Part shown: positions 36,383 to 48,819 of the stretch, piece by piece | Layout of the letters: each line of letters begins with the position of its first letter | Position numbering within the stretch: the stretch's first letter is position 1 | Source of the DNA: Yuukianura sp. NJ FZ-2021 | Lineage: Eukaryota | Assembly: GCA_046563655.1 (NCBI GenBank) | Contig: CM102287.1 | Span: 9,052,001 to 9,116,000, forward strand | Direction of reading: 5' to 3' | DNA: 64,000 nt | Made by a program: the position numbers and the translations under genes | The notes under the pieces: generated by a model | Told to the model about the DNA's origin: nothing | Database searches by the model: none | Seen by the model: the letters and a program-made list of their open reading frames with translations, nothing else

Positions 36383-38967
36383 ATGGCCTACTCTGCATTT
36401 GGCAACAACGTTTACTATGTAATTTCAATAATTTCAAATTATTTTACAATTAAAACTAATTACTTAAGTAATTGTAATTAGTTTGTAATTGTAATTAGAT
36501 TGAAGTAATTACCTGTAATTACACTTGGTTCTTATTGTAATTAGTATGGGGATCCATCTTTGGAGCAAATCACTGACCTCAAGAGTCAGTACGGCCAACC
36601 CCAAGTATTTGCTGACATCTACAACAATGCTGTGAATACCGGAACTAACTTTGTTGATCCGGAATTCCCACATAATGATTCCAGCATTGGAGATTACGGC
36701 AAGTTGTTTGATACTGCTGATGCTACTATGATGCAACAAGTACAACAATGGAAACAAAATGGCTGGAGTGGATCTGCCACTTGGATTCGGATTTCTGTAA
36801 GAAGAAACAAAATTTAAAAAATTCAAAATACAACATGATTTTTGAAAAAAAAAATTACCTATTGTATTGTTAGGATCTGTGTACAACTCAGTACAAAGGA
36901 CAGAACACGCCGTGCTTCAGTTGCGGCGACATTGGAAGCACCATAGGAAGAAACGACATTGAGCAGGGATGTACTGGCGACTGTTGGTTTCTGTCGTCAA
37001 TCTCTGATGTTGCGATGCTTCCCAAATTAATTGACAATGTTGTCCCAGATGACAACAGCACAAACGACGGCGGAGTGTACCATTTCAGGTGATGTCGCCA
37101 CTAATGTCGCCATCGCGCTCGGAATGCTCAGTGTCCGAAGTTTCAAAAGGAGTAGTCCGGGTTTGCTGAAGAAAGGGATAGGAGCTGGGCCCAATGGGAG
37201 TTTTACACAGTGCGAGATGGGAGATTTACACGGAGTTTTGCTCCCATTCATTTCTCTCATCTCATCTCCTATCTCGCGCAATGCATTGCTTCGCGAGGGC
37301 CCAGACCCATCCAAACCCGGACTTGTCCGGAGAAAATTTTTCAAAAGGACAAGTCCGCATTTGAACAGGCCTGGGCCCTCGCGAGGAAATGCATTACGCC
37401 AGATAGGAGATGAGATGAGAGAAATGAATGGGAGAAAAACTCTATGTTATTCTCCCATCTCGCACAATGCAAAACTCCCATTGGGCCCAGAGGAATCCAA
37501 AGCATAGGCAAATGCGGACATGTCCTTTCAATTTGTTTCAGATTTTGGTACCAGGGTGCTTGGGTTGACGTGGTGGTGGATGACTACTTGCCATGCGTTG
37601 TTCTCACCTACCAAACATTCACGGTTGGATCCAACTTTTATCCAAACAACGGAAAAGCCGAATTTTGGCCCATGCTGCTGGAGAAAGCTTATGCAAAGTA
37701 AATCTAAAGTTATGCTAACGTTAGTTAATTGAAGTTAACCTTTTAATTGTTTTACTTACCTCATTCTAGATTGAACGGAGGTTACTCCAACATTTCCTCC
37801 AACATTATAATGAATGCCCTTGAGAGCTTGACCGGTGGATTCGGAATTTACATTTCAATCGACAGCAATCTTCCATCGGACGCGTATCAAGAAATCCTGA
37901 AATGGCTTGACAAGGGGTGCGTCGTCGGTGCAGGAACAAATGCTGGAGTAAATCCCTGGAATTCAAAAAAGATTCAAAAAATAATAACTTTTTTTTCAAA
38001 ATTTCAAAAGAAATTGTTATGACATTGCTAGGGACGCGGAGTGGTTGGCGGTCACGCTTACTCTGTGACTGGAGTTCATGTCGTAACTACTACTGATGGA
38101 ACCCAACACAATTTGCTGCGATGTCGTAATCCCTGGGGCAATACTGAGTTTACTGGCGACTGGAGTGACCAGTCTCCATTGTGGAACGACGTTAGCCAAA
38201 CTCAGAAGTCTGCTATTGGATTCCTATCTAAAGATGAAGGTGAATTTTGGATTGGATACAATGACTTCATCACGTACTTCTCCGACATTAACGGATGCTT
38301 CTACTATGATGCTACTGTCGTCAGTCAACCTGGATCCACCTACCAGTTTGCCCAATTCAATTCTTCGTGGAGTGTCACTGACAACACGGCAGGAGGCTTC
38401 GGTGAGTCCTTGAAAAATTTTGAGAACCATTTCTAGAAAATTTTGAAGTATCCATTTCGAAAAAGTGAAAAGTTTTGCTCATGCGTGTGAAAATTTTTAC
38501 CATTATTAGGAAGCCCTTGGCAGAATCCAATGTTTTTGGTCGAAATTTCAAGTGCGAATCCAACCGGGTTGCTGGCCGTTGGACTCCAGGTTCAGTGCAA
38601 GATCAACGAGGATTTGAGCCAAGGGGACTGTATTCGTGTCTTTCCGGTAATTTTGAAAAATAGTTTTTAAGAAAAAGAAAAGAAACTATAAAAATTTGTT
38701 CTTTGAAATAATGGAAACTTGTAGACCGGTGGAGCTACTACTTTTGATGAAAACTTTTTTGAAAGCAATTACGGAAATGAGAAGTTCCCATCAGGAAAAA
38801 CGGAAGTTGCTGGAAATTCCAGTTTCAGCTTCAGTCAATTCTATGGCTTGAAACCTGGCCAGTACTTGGTCGTTCCATCGTCACTCGAAGCGGGATTTGA
38901 AAAGAAAATCCTTGTTCGAATTTACAACGAAGGAAAAGCCGCTGCAACTCAGGTTGCTTCCAATTAA
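36383..38967 (+). CDS. Calpain-family cysteine protease (CysPc plus domain III, no EF-hand domain)
   Basis: [17 protein letters not shown] (Cys), VDDYLP, LEKAYAK, GHAYSV (His), RNPWG (Asn), [11 protein letters not shown] then stop. Confidence 0.92.
37185..37490. mobile_element. ~306-bp palindromic MITE-like element in a calpain intron
   Basis: CTGGGCCCAATGGGAGTTTT...AAAACTCCCATTGGGCCCAG; arms pair imperfectly almost to the centre; GC-rich relative to neighbouring introns. Confidence 0.75.
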
Positions 38968-40315
38968 AAAATGAATCTTCATTTCCGTTTTTTCAAATCA
39001 GACGATTCGAAAACCACAAAAATTGAATTCATGGAAATAAATCGGATTTGATTGGCGATAAACAGGTTACTATCTGTATTCCTGCATTTCGGATTTCCAA
39101 ATTTTCAAAAAATTTCAATCAATCAAAAAACAATCGAGTATAAAACTGATTGATTATAGTCATCGCTTACGCTACAGTCCAATTTCGACGCAATAAAAAA
39201 AAAACTATTAGAAATTTCCAGTTTGCTGGCAATTTGATTTCACAATTTGTTTTTGTAAAAAATCTTTCTGTAGGGTTTATCGGATCTTCTATCTGTGCTT
39301 CAAAACAGTTCCCAAGCAGCGCTTTCCGTAGCTAATATATTGAAAAAAAAATTAGCAAAACAAAATTAAGAAAAAATCGGTGACCTTGCATGAACATCTT
39401 CAAAATTTTTTCCCATAAGAAAGTCCAGGACAAATCGCACGCTAAAATATGTACTTCTTTAAAACTCGTTTTCCTTCAACTGTTAACCAAAAAAAATATC
39501 ATATGACAAATGTAGCAAACAGGTTGCCTTCATGTTTGAATTCATTTTTCAAAATAAATAAAAAAAATTATGTTTTTAAAGCCATCTCTATTTTTATCTT
39601 CTCTTCCAGAGTAAAAGTTGCATTTTTTATGTGTGTAGAAAGTGAAGAATGAAAGTTTAAAATAAAAATACTGACAAGGCACGTTGATTTGTTTTCTGCA
39701 AACCTTAAACCATTAAAATGCAACGACGCCGCAAGTTATGAAAAACAAGGACGCTTTTGCTTATTAAATCTAAACACGATTTAGTTTAGTGGTTATTAGT
39801 GTGTTATAATGTTAAGTATGTTGCAGAACAACAAACAACTTAACTAATTGCTTTCTAGGTAATTGAAAATTGAGTAATTTTCCAACTTAAGCACTTAAGT
39901 TAGGCACAATGACACGAACAAAGCTTGATAATAACATCCCACTTAAAATGATGAAATGAAAGGCAAATACAAAATGCAGCATGTTATTTGCTTTTCTTTA
40001 GTATCTATTGCAGAGAAAACTACTGGAAAAAACTAAGCCAAGGTCACGGAACCACTTTTTAATCGACTTAAACACTTAGCCACTTGTGAATTTTTTTTAC
40101 GTAATGTCCGTGCCATTAATACACATGAAGTGTTCTTTGATATCAACTTAAGAGCTAACTCTGTTAGTTTCCACTTAGGATTTAAGAGTCAGAGGCACTC
40201 CTTAAAATTCTCCAAATAAGTTGAACAAAAGTTGCTAAAACTTCTGCAAGATTTGTTAAGGTGTAGTAAGATTTAAGAATCTTAGTAAGTTGGATTTGTT
40301 TTTTAAAAAATCAAA

Positions 40316-43022
40316 ATGGCCGACGTTTTGGCCGTAGTCATTCACCTTCTGCAGTTACTTAAATTTCCACTACCAATTCCGCAACATGCTGGAAATCTGG
40401 TTTCTCTTATTGCAACTTTAACTGCAATGCTGTCCAATCAAAATTACGTAAATGATATGAAAATCAATCCAAATCCGTCACTTACTGCGCCACCGCAAGT
40501 CTACGACTTTATTATTGGTAAGCAAGCACTAAAGTAGAAAAAAATATGAAAATTGTTCTTCTTTTTTTTAAAACTTGGAATTTTTGGAAATAGTTGGAGC
40601 AGGTACTGCTGGAGCTGTTGTGGCAAACCGTCTTTCTGCAAATCCAAAATTCAATGTTTTGCTACTGGAAGCTGGCGGAGATCCGTCATTTTTGAATACC
40701 ATTCCAGCCCTAGCTGCGCTAAATATGCATCAACAGGACACAGATTGGCACTACAAATCGACTCCAGGCATTAACTATGGACTTGGAATGACTAACAATG
40801 TAAGGCATATAGAAACATATAGATTTACAATTAATTAATCTTAATTAAAGTTAACCAAAGAGTAATAATAATAGAATATTTTATGTTTTAGTGTATTTCA
40901 ACTTTTTACCAACAAATTGTTATAATTTCAGACGATACGATTGTCCAGGTTCAAAGGGTTGGGTGGATGCTCGTCACACAATTGGCTAGTAAATGCAAAT
41001 TTTTGAAAAATTGAAAAACAACTTTTTTGAGCTTTTTTGAAATTACCTTTGACCTAGGTGTACAACCGAGGTCATCCGAAGGACTTCGACAACTGGGCTA
41101 AACTTACTGGAGACGAGAGTTGGAACTACGAGCATGCGCTTAAGTATTTCAAAAAATTTGAAAACTACAGAGGCAAATACCCGGATGGTAAAGTTTTTGA
41201 GGAAAAATGACAAAATTTGAAAAAATTAATTTAAGTTTTAGTTATTTAACTTAGCAATATTGTTATATTATATTAATTTTTAGCCCGCTATCATGGTAAG
41301 GACGGCCCATTTGCAGTGGCTGACAACAACGATTGGTCGGTTCCCAGCATGGAAGCGTGGAACGACGCAGGGGCCGAACTGGGTTACGAAGTTGGAAGAG
41401 ACTTTAATTCAAGGCAAAGCCAAAGTAAGAATTCCAAATTTTAAAATGTTTACAAAATGTCTAGCAAATTAGTTCTTTTCAAGAAAAATTTCATTAAAGG
41501 TTTTGGAAAAACCGACCTAAAGCGAACAGTTGACGGCAGAAGATCGGATACTTACACTACCTACATCAAACCGATTTTGAATAGACCCAATTTCAAGGTC
41601 ATTCGATTCGCTCACGTTGAGAAGGTCATTTTGGACGAAAGCAAGAGAGCCGTAGGCGTTATTTACAAAAGACATGACGAAAAAATTGAAGTTCGTGCGT
41701 CAAAAGAAGTCATTTTGAGTGCCGGCACGATTGGTACGACACAACTCATGCTTCTTTCTGGTATCGGACCCAAGGCACACCTCAAATCCGTAAATGTAAG
41801 TATACCGTGCTACTGGTATTCTACACTGTTTTACCGGTATACGGTACCGTACTACTGGTATGCTATATTGTTTTACCGCTATACGATACCGTGCTACTGG
41901 TATGCTGTACTGTTTTACCGGTATACGATACCGTGCTACTGGTATGCTATAGTGTTTTACCGGTATACGATACCGTGCTACTGGTATGTTGTACTGTTTT
42001 ACCGGTACATTGCACCTTGACCGGTTGTAAATACTCATATTGAAATCTTGATGCTTTTTTGAATCTGGCGCTAGGTGGAGTCACTAGTTGACCTGCCAGG
42101 AGTTGGTGAGAAACTTGAGGATCATGCTGTAACTATTCTGGGCCCTATTTTATTTGACAAACCGGTATCGTTTATGCCAAGCCGAGACATCAACATGAAG
42201 GATGCTGAAGAGTATGCACAGAAAGGCACCGGCTATTTCGCTGCAAATTCACTCGGTGGCTTTACTCACATTGCTTCCAGCGTATCAGACGATCCGAACT
42301 GGGGTGACGTCCAAGTATTTCAGTTTCCCTTTGGCAATGACCCTTTGACCCCTTACCTCCTCAATACTGTTTTCGGACTCAAAGATGGATTACTGGAGGA
42401 GTATCTAAAACCATACATGGGCATGGATGGAAACTTTCCGGCCTTGAACGTTGGACGGCCGAAGAGTACCGGAACAATCCGACTCGCTTCGAACAATCCC
42501 GATGATCATCCACTCATTGATCCAAATTACTATGATCATCCGGATGACATGAAGGCACAAGTTGACGGATTTAAATTAATTGAGAAAATGTATGAACATA
42601 CAAAGGCTTTCGGTAAATACGGATCTCGACTGCCTCCAACGAAATTTCCGGGGTGCGAAAATTTTGAATTGAGAACTGACGCTTATTACGAATGTTTCGC
42701 CCGTCATACCACTACATCCTTGTTTCATCTTTCTGGAACTTGTAAAATGGGACGAGCAGATGACCCCAAAGCGGTGGTTGACTCACGACTCAGGTCAGCT
42801 CAAAACACAATCATCAAAAGTTTCAGAATTTCACAAAAAAATTTTTTTTTTTTTTGTTTTGCTAGAGTGTTCAAGGTCAAAGGACTGCGAATTGCTGATG
42901 CTTCCATCATGCCAAAAATTACAAACGCAAATATTAATACCCCGACGCTCATGATTGGAGAAAAGGCTGCCGATATGATTCTGAGTGACTATGCGGACGC
43001 ATCACATCGAGCAGAACTTTAA
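40316..43022 (+). CDS. GMC oxidoreductase (glucose dehydrogenase-like), C-terminal RAEL
   Basis: YDFIIVGAGTAGAVVANRLS, LLLEAGG, KGLGGCSSHN, EVILSAGTIGT, LFHLSGTCKMG, LRIADASIMP, NINTPTLMIGEKAAD. Confidence 0.95.
41802..42007. repeat. 42-bp minisatellite, about 5 copies, in a GMC intron
   Basis: ATACCGTGCTACTGGTATGCTRYAYTGTTTTACCGGTATACG repeated just after the GTAAG donor at 41796. Confidence 0.9.
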
Positions 43023-43656
43023 GCAAAGTAAAAAAAAAGTAGTACTAAACCTAAATGAGAAGCAATTTAGCAGAAATTTGAGCCAAAATAAAGAAGTTAC
43101 TACTTGGTAGTTACACAATAATTATTGAGTAAACAACCCATTTACAACAAGATGAATTGAAAAAGGCAATTTAAAAAAAACTATCATTAGAATAAAATTC
43201 GGAAGCTCGTGAACCAGTCCTATTATTTTTTTGTGGAAAACTCAACAGCACACAGTCCAATACAGAGGCTTTTTTTTGACACGTCTGAACGATGACCTTG
43301 AAAATTCCGTTTCATCATTGCAGAATAAATTGGAGTGACCAAACGCAAAAAACACAATAAACGAAACCGAAATATAATTGTTAATTGAATTTTTTTGTTG
43401 TTAAAAACATGAAAATTGCGGAGACACATAGAATGGTGCACAAGTCTGGACAAAGAACGAGGCCACAGATCATTTAGTACCACTTAACATTTGCCTTGAT
43501 AAGAAACAGCACAATGTCTTGTTTGATATAGTATGTGAGACTGACTGAACTACACTTCAGTTTCCATTTGGAACTTAACTAAACAGTGTAAGTGGGTTTG
43601 ATTAAAAAAGAACTGAACTTTCGATATTCACACAGTCATTACAAAAAATCTTTGTA

Positions 43657-45744
43657 ATGGACAACACTGCTAAAATGGAAAACAAAGTCACGTCCTTTGG
43701 AGGTAGCACGAACAAGGTATACAAAACAATCAACAAAATGTTTCTCAACTAGGTACTTAAAATTTTTAATTTCTTTATGAATTGTTCGTTTTACTTAAAA
43801 ACTTGAATATTTTCATTGTAGGATACAAATCACGACGGGGATTTACCGCCGGAACTTGGAATTACTCTTGACCGAAAAAATTTACTTCGCGAATCGTTTC
43901 CCGCCGATTTCAAGTTCGGCATGGGCGGATCGGCTGTGCAAATCGAAGGCGGTTGGAACGCTGACGGAAAAGGCCCGTCAGTTTGGGATACTTTATGTAT
44001 TGAAAATCCAAAAGCAATCGAAGATGGGTCAACTTGTTTTGTAACCTGCGACTCCTACAACCAATGGAAGGAAGACGTTCAACTCTTAACTCAACTTGGG
44101 GTAAAATGAGATTTTTTTAATGGTTTTACGTCAGGATTTTGTAATTCGCGGGACAATTTTTCATCGTTTTAGTGCAACAGTTACAAGTTTTCTTTGTCCT
44201 GGTCACGGATTTTACCCAACGGAGACCTATCGGTCGTAAACCAATCAGGAATTGACTACTACAATCAGCTGATAGACGCTTTGCTCCAAGCTGGAATCGA
44301 ACCCTTGGTTGTCCTTTGGCACTTTGATCTCCCGACGGCACTTGCACAGAAGTTTACTTGGAAAGATGAAGGACTCATTCCACATTTCGTCAATTACGCA
44401 CAACTCTGTTTTGAAGAATTTGGTGACCGTGTAAAGCTGTGGATGACGATAAATGAACCTTGGGTTCACGTAGTGGCAAGCTACGACCTAGCACTCCATC
44501 CACCGAAACTCAGCGAACCAGAAGCGGTTTACATTGCTTTACATAATTTGATTCTTGCTCATGCGCAGATTTACAGACTTTACCAACAAGAGTTCAGGAA
44601 TAAGCAAAACGGTCAAGTTGGTATTAGTTTGGACTCTTTTGGATTGGAACCGGCAACGGATTCGGCGGAAGACGAAGCAGCGACACAAATTTCTTTTGAA
44701 TTTCGGTTTGGCATAGTTGCTTCCCCGCTCATTTTCGGGAAATATCCCGATTGTGTCCGAGAACGGGTAGACCGAAACAGCAAACTCGAAGGGCGGGAAA
44801 AATCAAGGTTGCCGGTAATCACTCCTGAACTGTCGGCACTGCTCAAAGGTAATCAGGCTTAATAAACAGGGTTGTCAAAAATATGTAAAAACGGGCAAAG
44901 TATTGATGAATATGTTTTGTTTTTAAAAATGGTCCAAATATTTACGAATTAAGGGAAATAAATATTTAATCACAAAATCCATAAACATTTTTGATTAACA
45001 TTACGGGCGTGGAGACTAAATATTTTGGACACCCCTGTTAATAAATCATTTTATCTAAATTTTAAAAAAATAGTTTAGTATTCATATAATTCAGTTTGTT
45101 TATGCAGGAACTGTGGATTTTATTGGTTTGAATTACTATTCTTGCGAAAAAGTTTCTGTAACACAAGCCGCAATGCCGGAAGGGGTTGCACGAGTTGTTT
45201 TTTCGAGTTCGGACAAACTCGGATTTTACGGAGACACGGGTAATTACCACTTTCATGACCCCGCCTGGGGCGGGTCATCTGTTTGGTGGCTCAAGGTCAC
45301 CCCGCCAGCTCTACGCTCTCTCCTCAACAGAATCAGAACGACATACGGGAATCCCGAAATTTTGATATCCGAAAACGGGTTCCCGGACAAAATTGAGCGG
45401 GTAGAAGACCATGACCGATTGAACTACCTGCAGGCTCATCTCAACGAAACGCTCAAGGCAATTAAATTAGATGGATGCAATGTGACCGGCTACTACGCCT
45501 GGAGCCTTCTCGATGGCTGGGAGTGGACAACCGGACATTCGTAAGTCGCGAAAAAAAATTGTGAAAAAAAATTTCCAAAATTTTCACAAAATTTCAAAAT
45601 TTCCTGTAATTTTTTTTTCATAGTTGTACGTTCGGCGTGTTCCATGTGGACAGAACGCATCCCGATAAAATCCGAACTCCGAGATGGTCTGCCAAGGCTT
45701 TGGAAATAATTTACAAAAATCGTGGTTTTGAATCCTTTGAATAA
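43657..45744 (+). CDS. GH1 beta-glucosidase / myrosinase-like, copy 1 (no evident signal peptide)
   Basis: FPADFKFG, QIEGGWNADGKGPSVWD, SWSRILP, HFDLP, TINEP, ISENG, AWSLLDGWEW. Confidence 0.95.
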
Positions 45745-45831
45745 AGTGTTTCGATTTTAATGGATTTTTTGAATTTGGAATTCTGTTTTTCGAAATTTTG
45801 AACAAATGACATTTTTTGGACTTGGACGGTT

Positions 45832-46176
45832 CTATGGATGGATAATGACTTTTATGGCTCCATCAATTCCGTCCCGCGCAGTTTCAAAAGCCTTGATTGA
45901 TTCTTCCAGTTTAAAGTGATGCGTAATCAGTTTCTTTACGTTGACTTTTCCAGAAGCAACCATCGCCAGTGCCATGGGGTAGCAGGAAGTACAACGTAAA
46001 TTCAAACGTAAAACGTAAATCCGTAAAAATTTATTTCCTTTTCTAAAAATTTACCAATTTGCGTATCGAAATACACCGCGAATATCCACTTCTCGACAAG
46101 CAGCATTAACCATTGGCATATTAATGTCTGGAGGCCCAAGTCCAACTAACATGACACATCCACCGGACTTTGTACC
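45832..46176 (-). pseudogene. SORD: Duplicated 3' fragment (last two exons) of sorbitol dehydrogenase
   Basis: Matches ~48820-49165; no 5' exons; last acceptor changed from CCAG to CCTG. Confidence 0.88.
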
Positions 46177-46687
46177 CTAAAACGCAACAATTTCAAAATT
46201 ATTAATATTTTCAAATAACCAAACTTTCTGTAATTCAGAACCTCAATCATATAGAATCTAGTAACCGATGATCTAATTGTTTTGAAACTTCTGACAATCA
46301 CCGTGAAAATTCCGTTCCATCATTGCGCATAAATTGAAATAACAAACAAAAAACGCAATAAATGAAACCGAAATATAATTGACTTTTTTTGTTGCTACAA
46401 ACATTGAAATTGGGGAGACAAAGAGAACGGTGCACGAGTCTGAACAAAGAACAAGGTCATTGATCATTTGTATCACTTAACATTTGCTTTGATAAGAAAC
46501 TGTACAAACTTTGCACTATAAAAGTCTATTTTGATATAGAATGACTAAACTACCTACTTCAGTTTCCGTTTGGATCTGAACTAAAACAGTTCGTCAAAAG
46601 GTGGTGCATGAAGAAACAAAAAAGTTGCAACTTTTGATATTTGAGTAGTTTTTACAAAAATTCATTGCAACGGAAAGAATTGATAAA

Positions 46688-48750
46688 ATGGAGCGCAAAA
46701 TTACGTCGGTTGGAGGCAGCAAGAATAAGGTACACAAAATATAAAAAAAATTATGTATTTATGAATTATTTGCGCTTGAATGTTTCTGTTTTAGAATGCA
46801 AATCGTAACGGGGAAATACGACCGGAACGGGGAATTACCCTTGACCGAAAAAATTTACTTCGGGAATCGTTTCCCGCCGATTTCAAGTTCGGGGCAGGCG
46901 GATCGGCTGTGCAAATCGAAGGAAGCTGGAATGCTGACGGAAAAGGCCCGTCAGTTTGGGACACTTTGTGTATTGAACACCCAGAAGCAATCGAAGACGG
47001 ATCAACTTGTTTTGTAGCCTGCGATTCCTATAACCAATGGAGGCAAGACGTTCAACTCTTAACTCAACTTGGGGTAAAATGAAATTTTCATTTTTTTTTG
47101 TTTTGTATCCAACTTTTATAATTCGCGGGCACTTTTTCGTTTTAGTGCAATAGTTACAAGTTCTCTTTGTCCTGGTCACGGATTTTACCCAACGGAGACC
47201 TATCGGTCGTCAACCAATCAGGAATTGACTATTACAATCAGCTGATAGACGCCTTGCTCCGAGCTGGAATCGAACCCTTGGTAGTCCTTTGGCACTTTGA
47301 CCTCCCTACGGCGCTTGCCCAAAAGTTTACTTGGAAAGACGAGGGCCTCACTCCGCATTTCGTCAACTACGCACAACTCTGCTTTGAAGAATTTGGTGAC
47401 CGCGTCAAGCGGTGGATGACAATAAATGAACCTTGGGGTAGCTACGACCTGGCGCTTCAACCACCGGGACTCAGCGAAATAGATGCAGTTTACATTGTTT
47501 TGCATAATATGATTCTTGCTCATGCGCAGATTTACAGACTTTACGAACAAGAGTTCAGGGATAAACAAAACGGTCAAATCGGTATCAGTTTGGACTGTTT
47601 CGGATTGGAACCGGCAACGGATTCGACTCAAGACGAAGCAGCGACACAAATTTCTTTTGAATTTCGGTTTGGCATAGTTGCTGCCCCGCTTCTTTTCGGG
47701 AAATATCCCGATTGTGTCCGAGAACGGGTAGACGGGACCAGCAAGTCCGAAGGGCGGGATAATTCAAGGTTGCCGGTAATCACTCCTGAACTGTCGGCAC
47801 TGCTCAAAGGTAATCAGGCTTAATAAACAGGGTTGTCAAAAATATGTAAAAACGCTCAACGTATTGATGAAAAATATGTTCTTTTTTTTAAATGACCCAA
47901 ATATTTACGAATTTAACATTAAGGATATGGGCAAATAAATAAATAATTTCGTAACCTGAAACCCGTAAATATTTTTTCTTTATTAACATTACGGACATGG
48001 AGACTAAATATTTTTGAAACCCCTGTTAATAAATCATAAACCATCTTTGCTAAAAGAAAAAAAAATAGTTTAGTATTTGTAATTTGTAATTGTTTATGCA
48101 GGAACTTTGGATTTTATTGGCCTGAATTACTACTCTTGCGAAAAAGTTTCTGCGACACAAGCCGGAATACCGGACGGAGTTGCACGACTTGTTTTTTCGA
48201 GTTCGGACAAACTCGGATTTTACGGAGACACGGGTAATTATCACTTTCATGACCCCGCTTGGGGCGGGTCATCTGTTTGGTGGCTCAAGGTCACCCCGCC
48301 AGCTCTACGCTCCCTTCTGAACAGAATCAGAACGACATACGGGAATCCAGAAATTTTGATATCCGAAAACGGGTTCCCCGACAACGTTGAACGGGTAGAA
48401 GACCACGACCGGGCGAACTACCTACAGGCTCATCTCAACGAAACGCTCAAAGCTATCAACCTAGATGGATGTAATGTGACCGGGTACTACGCATGGAGCC
48501 TTCTCGACGGCTGGGAGTGGACAACCGGACATGAGTAAGTCTCAAAATAAAAATTTGCGAAATTTTTTTTTCCCAAAATGTCAAAAGTTCTTACTTTTTT
48601 TTTCGTAGTTGTACATTTGGGGTATTCCATGTGGACAGAACGCATCCTGATAAAATCCGAACTCCGAGATTGTCTGCCAAAGCTTTAGAAAAAATTTACA
48701 AAAATCGAGGTTTCGAAAACTTTGAACAAAGTGTTTCGACTTTAATGTAA
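46688..48750 (+). CDS. GH1 beta-glucosidase / myrosinase-like, copy 2
   Basis: Same exon structure as copy 1; 12-bp in-frame deletion after NEPW; stop TAA changed to CAA adds QSVSTLM. Confidence 0.9.
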
Positions 48751-48819
48751 TTCTTGAATTTGGAATTCTGTTTTTCGAAATTTTGAACAAATAACATTTT
48801 TTTTTTGGTTTGGATGGTT

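Noticed and set aside
37027..37507. Mirror-image ORFs of 105 and 158 aa
   Set aside because: Produced by the intronic palindrome; calpain exons splice around it (YHFR|FWYQG)
41700..42043. Repeat-peptide ORFs (YSIPVARYRIPVK, LLVCCTVLPV)
   Set aside because: Other frames of the 42-bp minisatellite
43657..48750. Horizontal transfer of GH1, LPMO or GMC
   Set aside because: All have host-style introns and belong to families native to arthropods; no sequence evidence without a phylogeny
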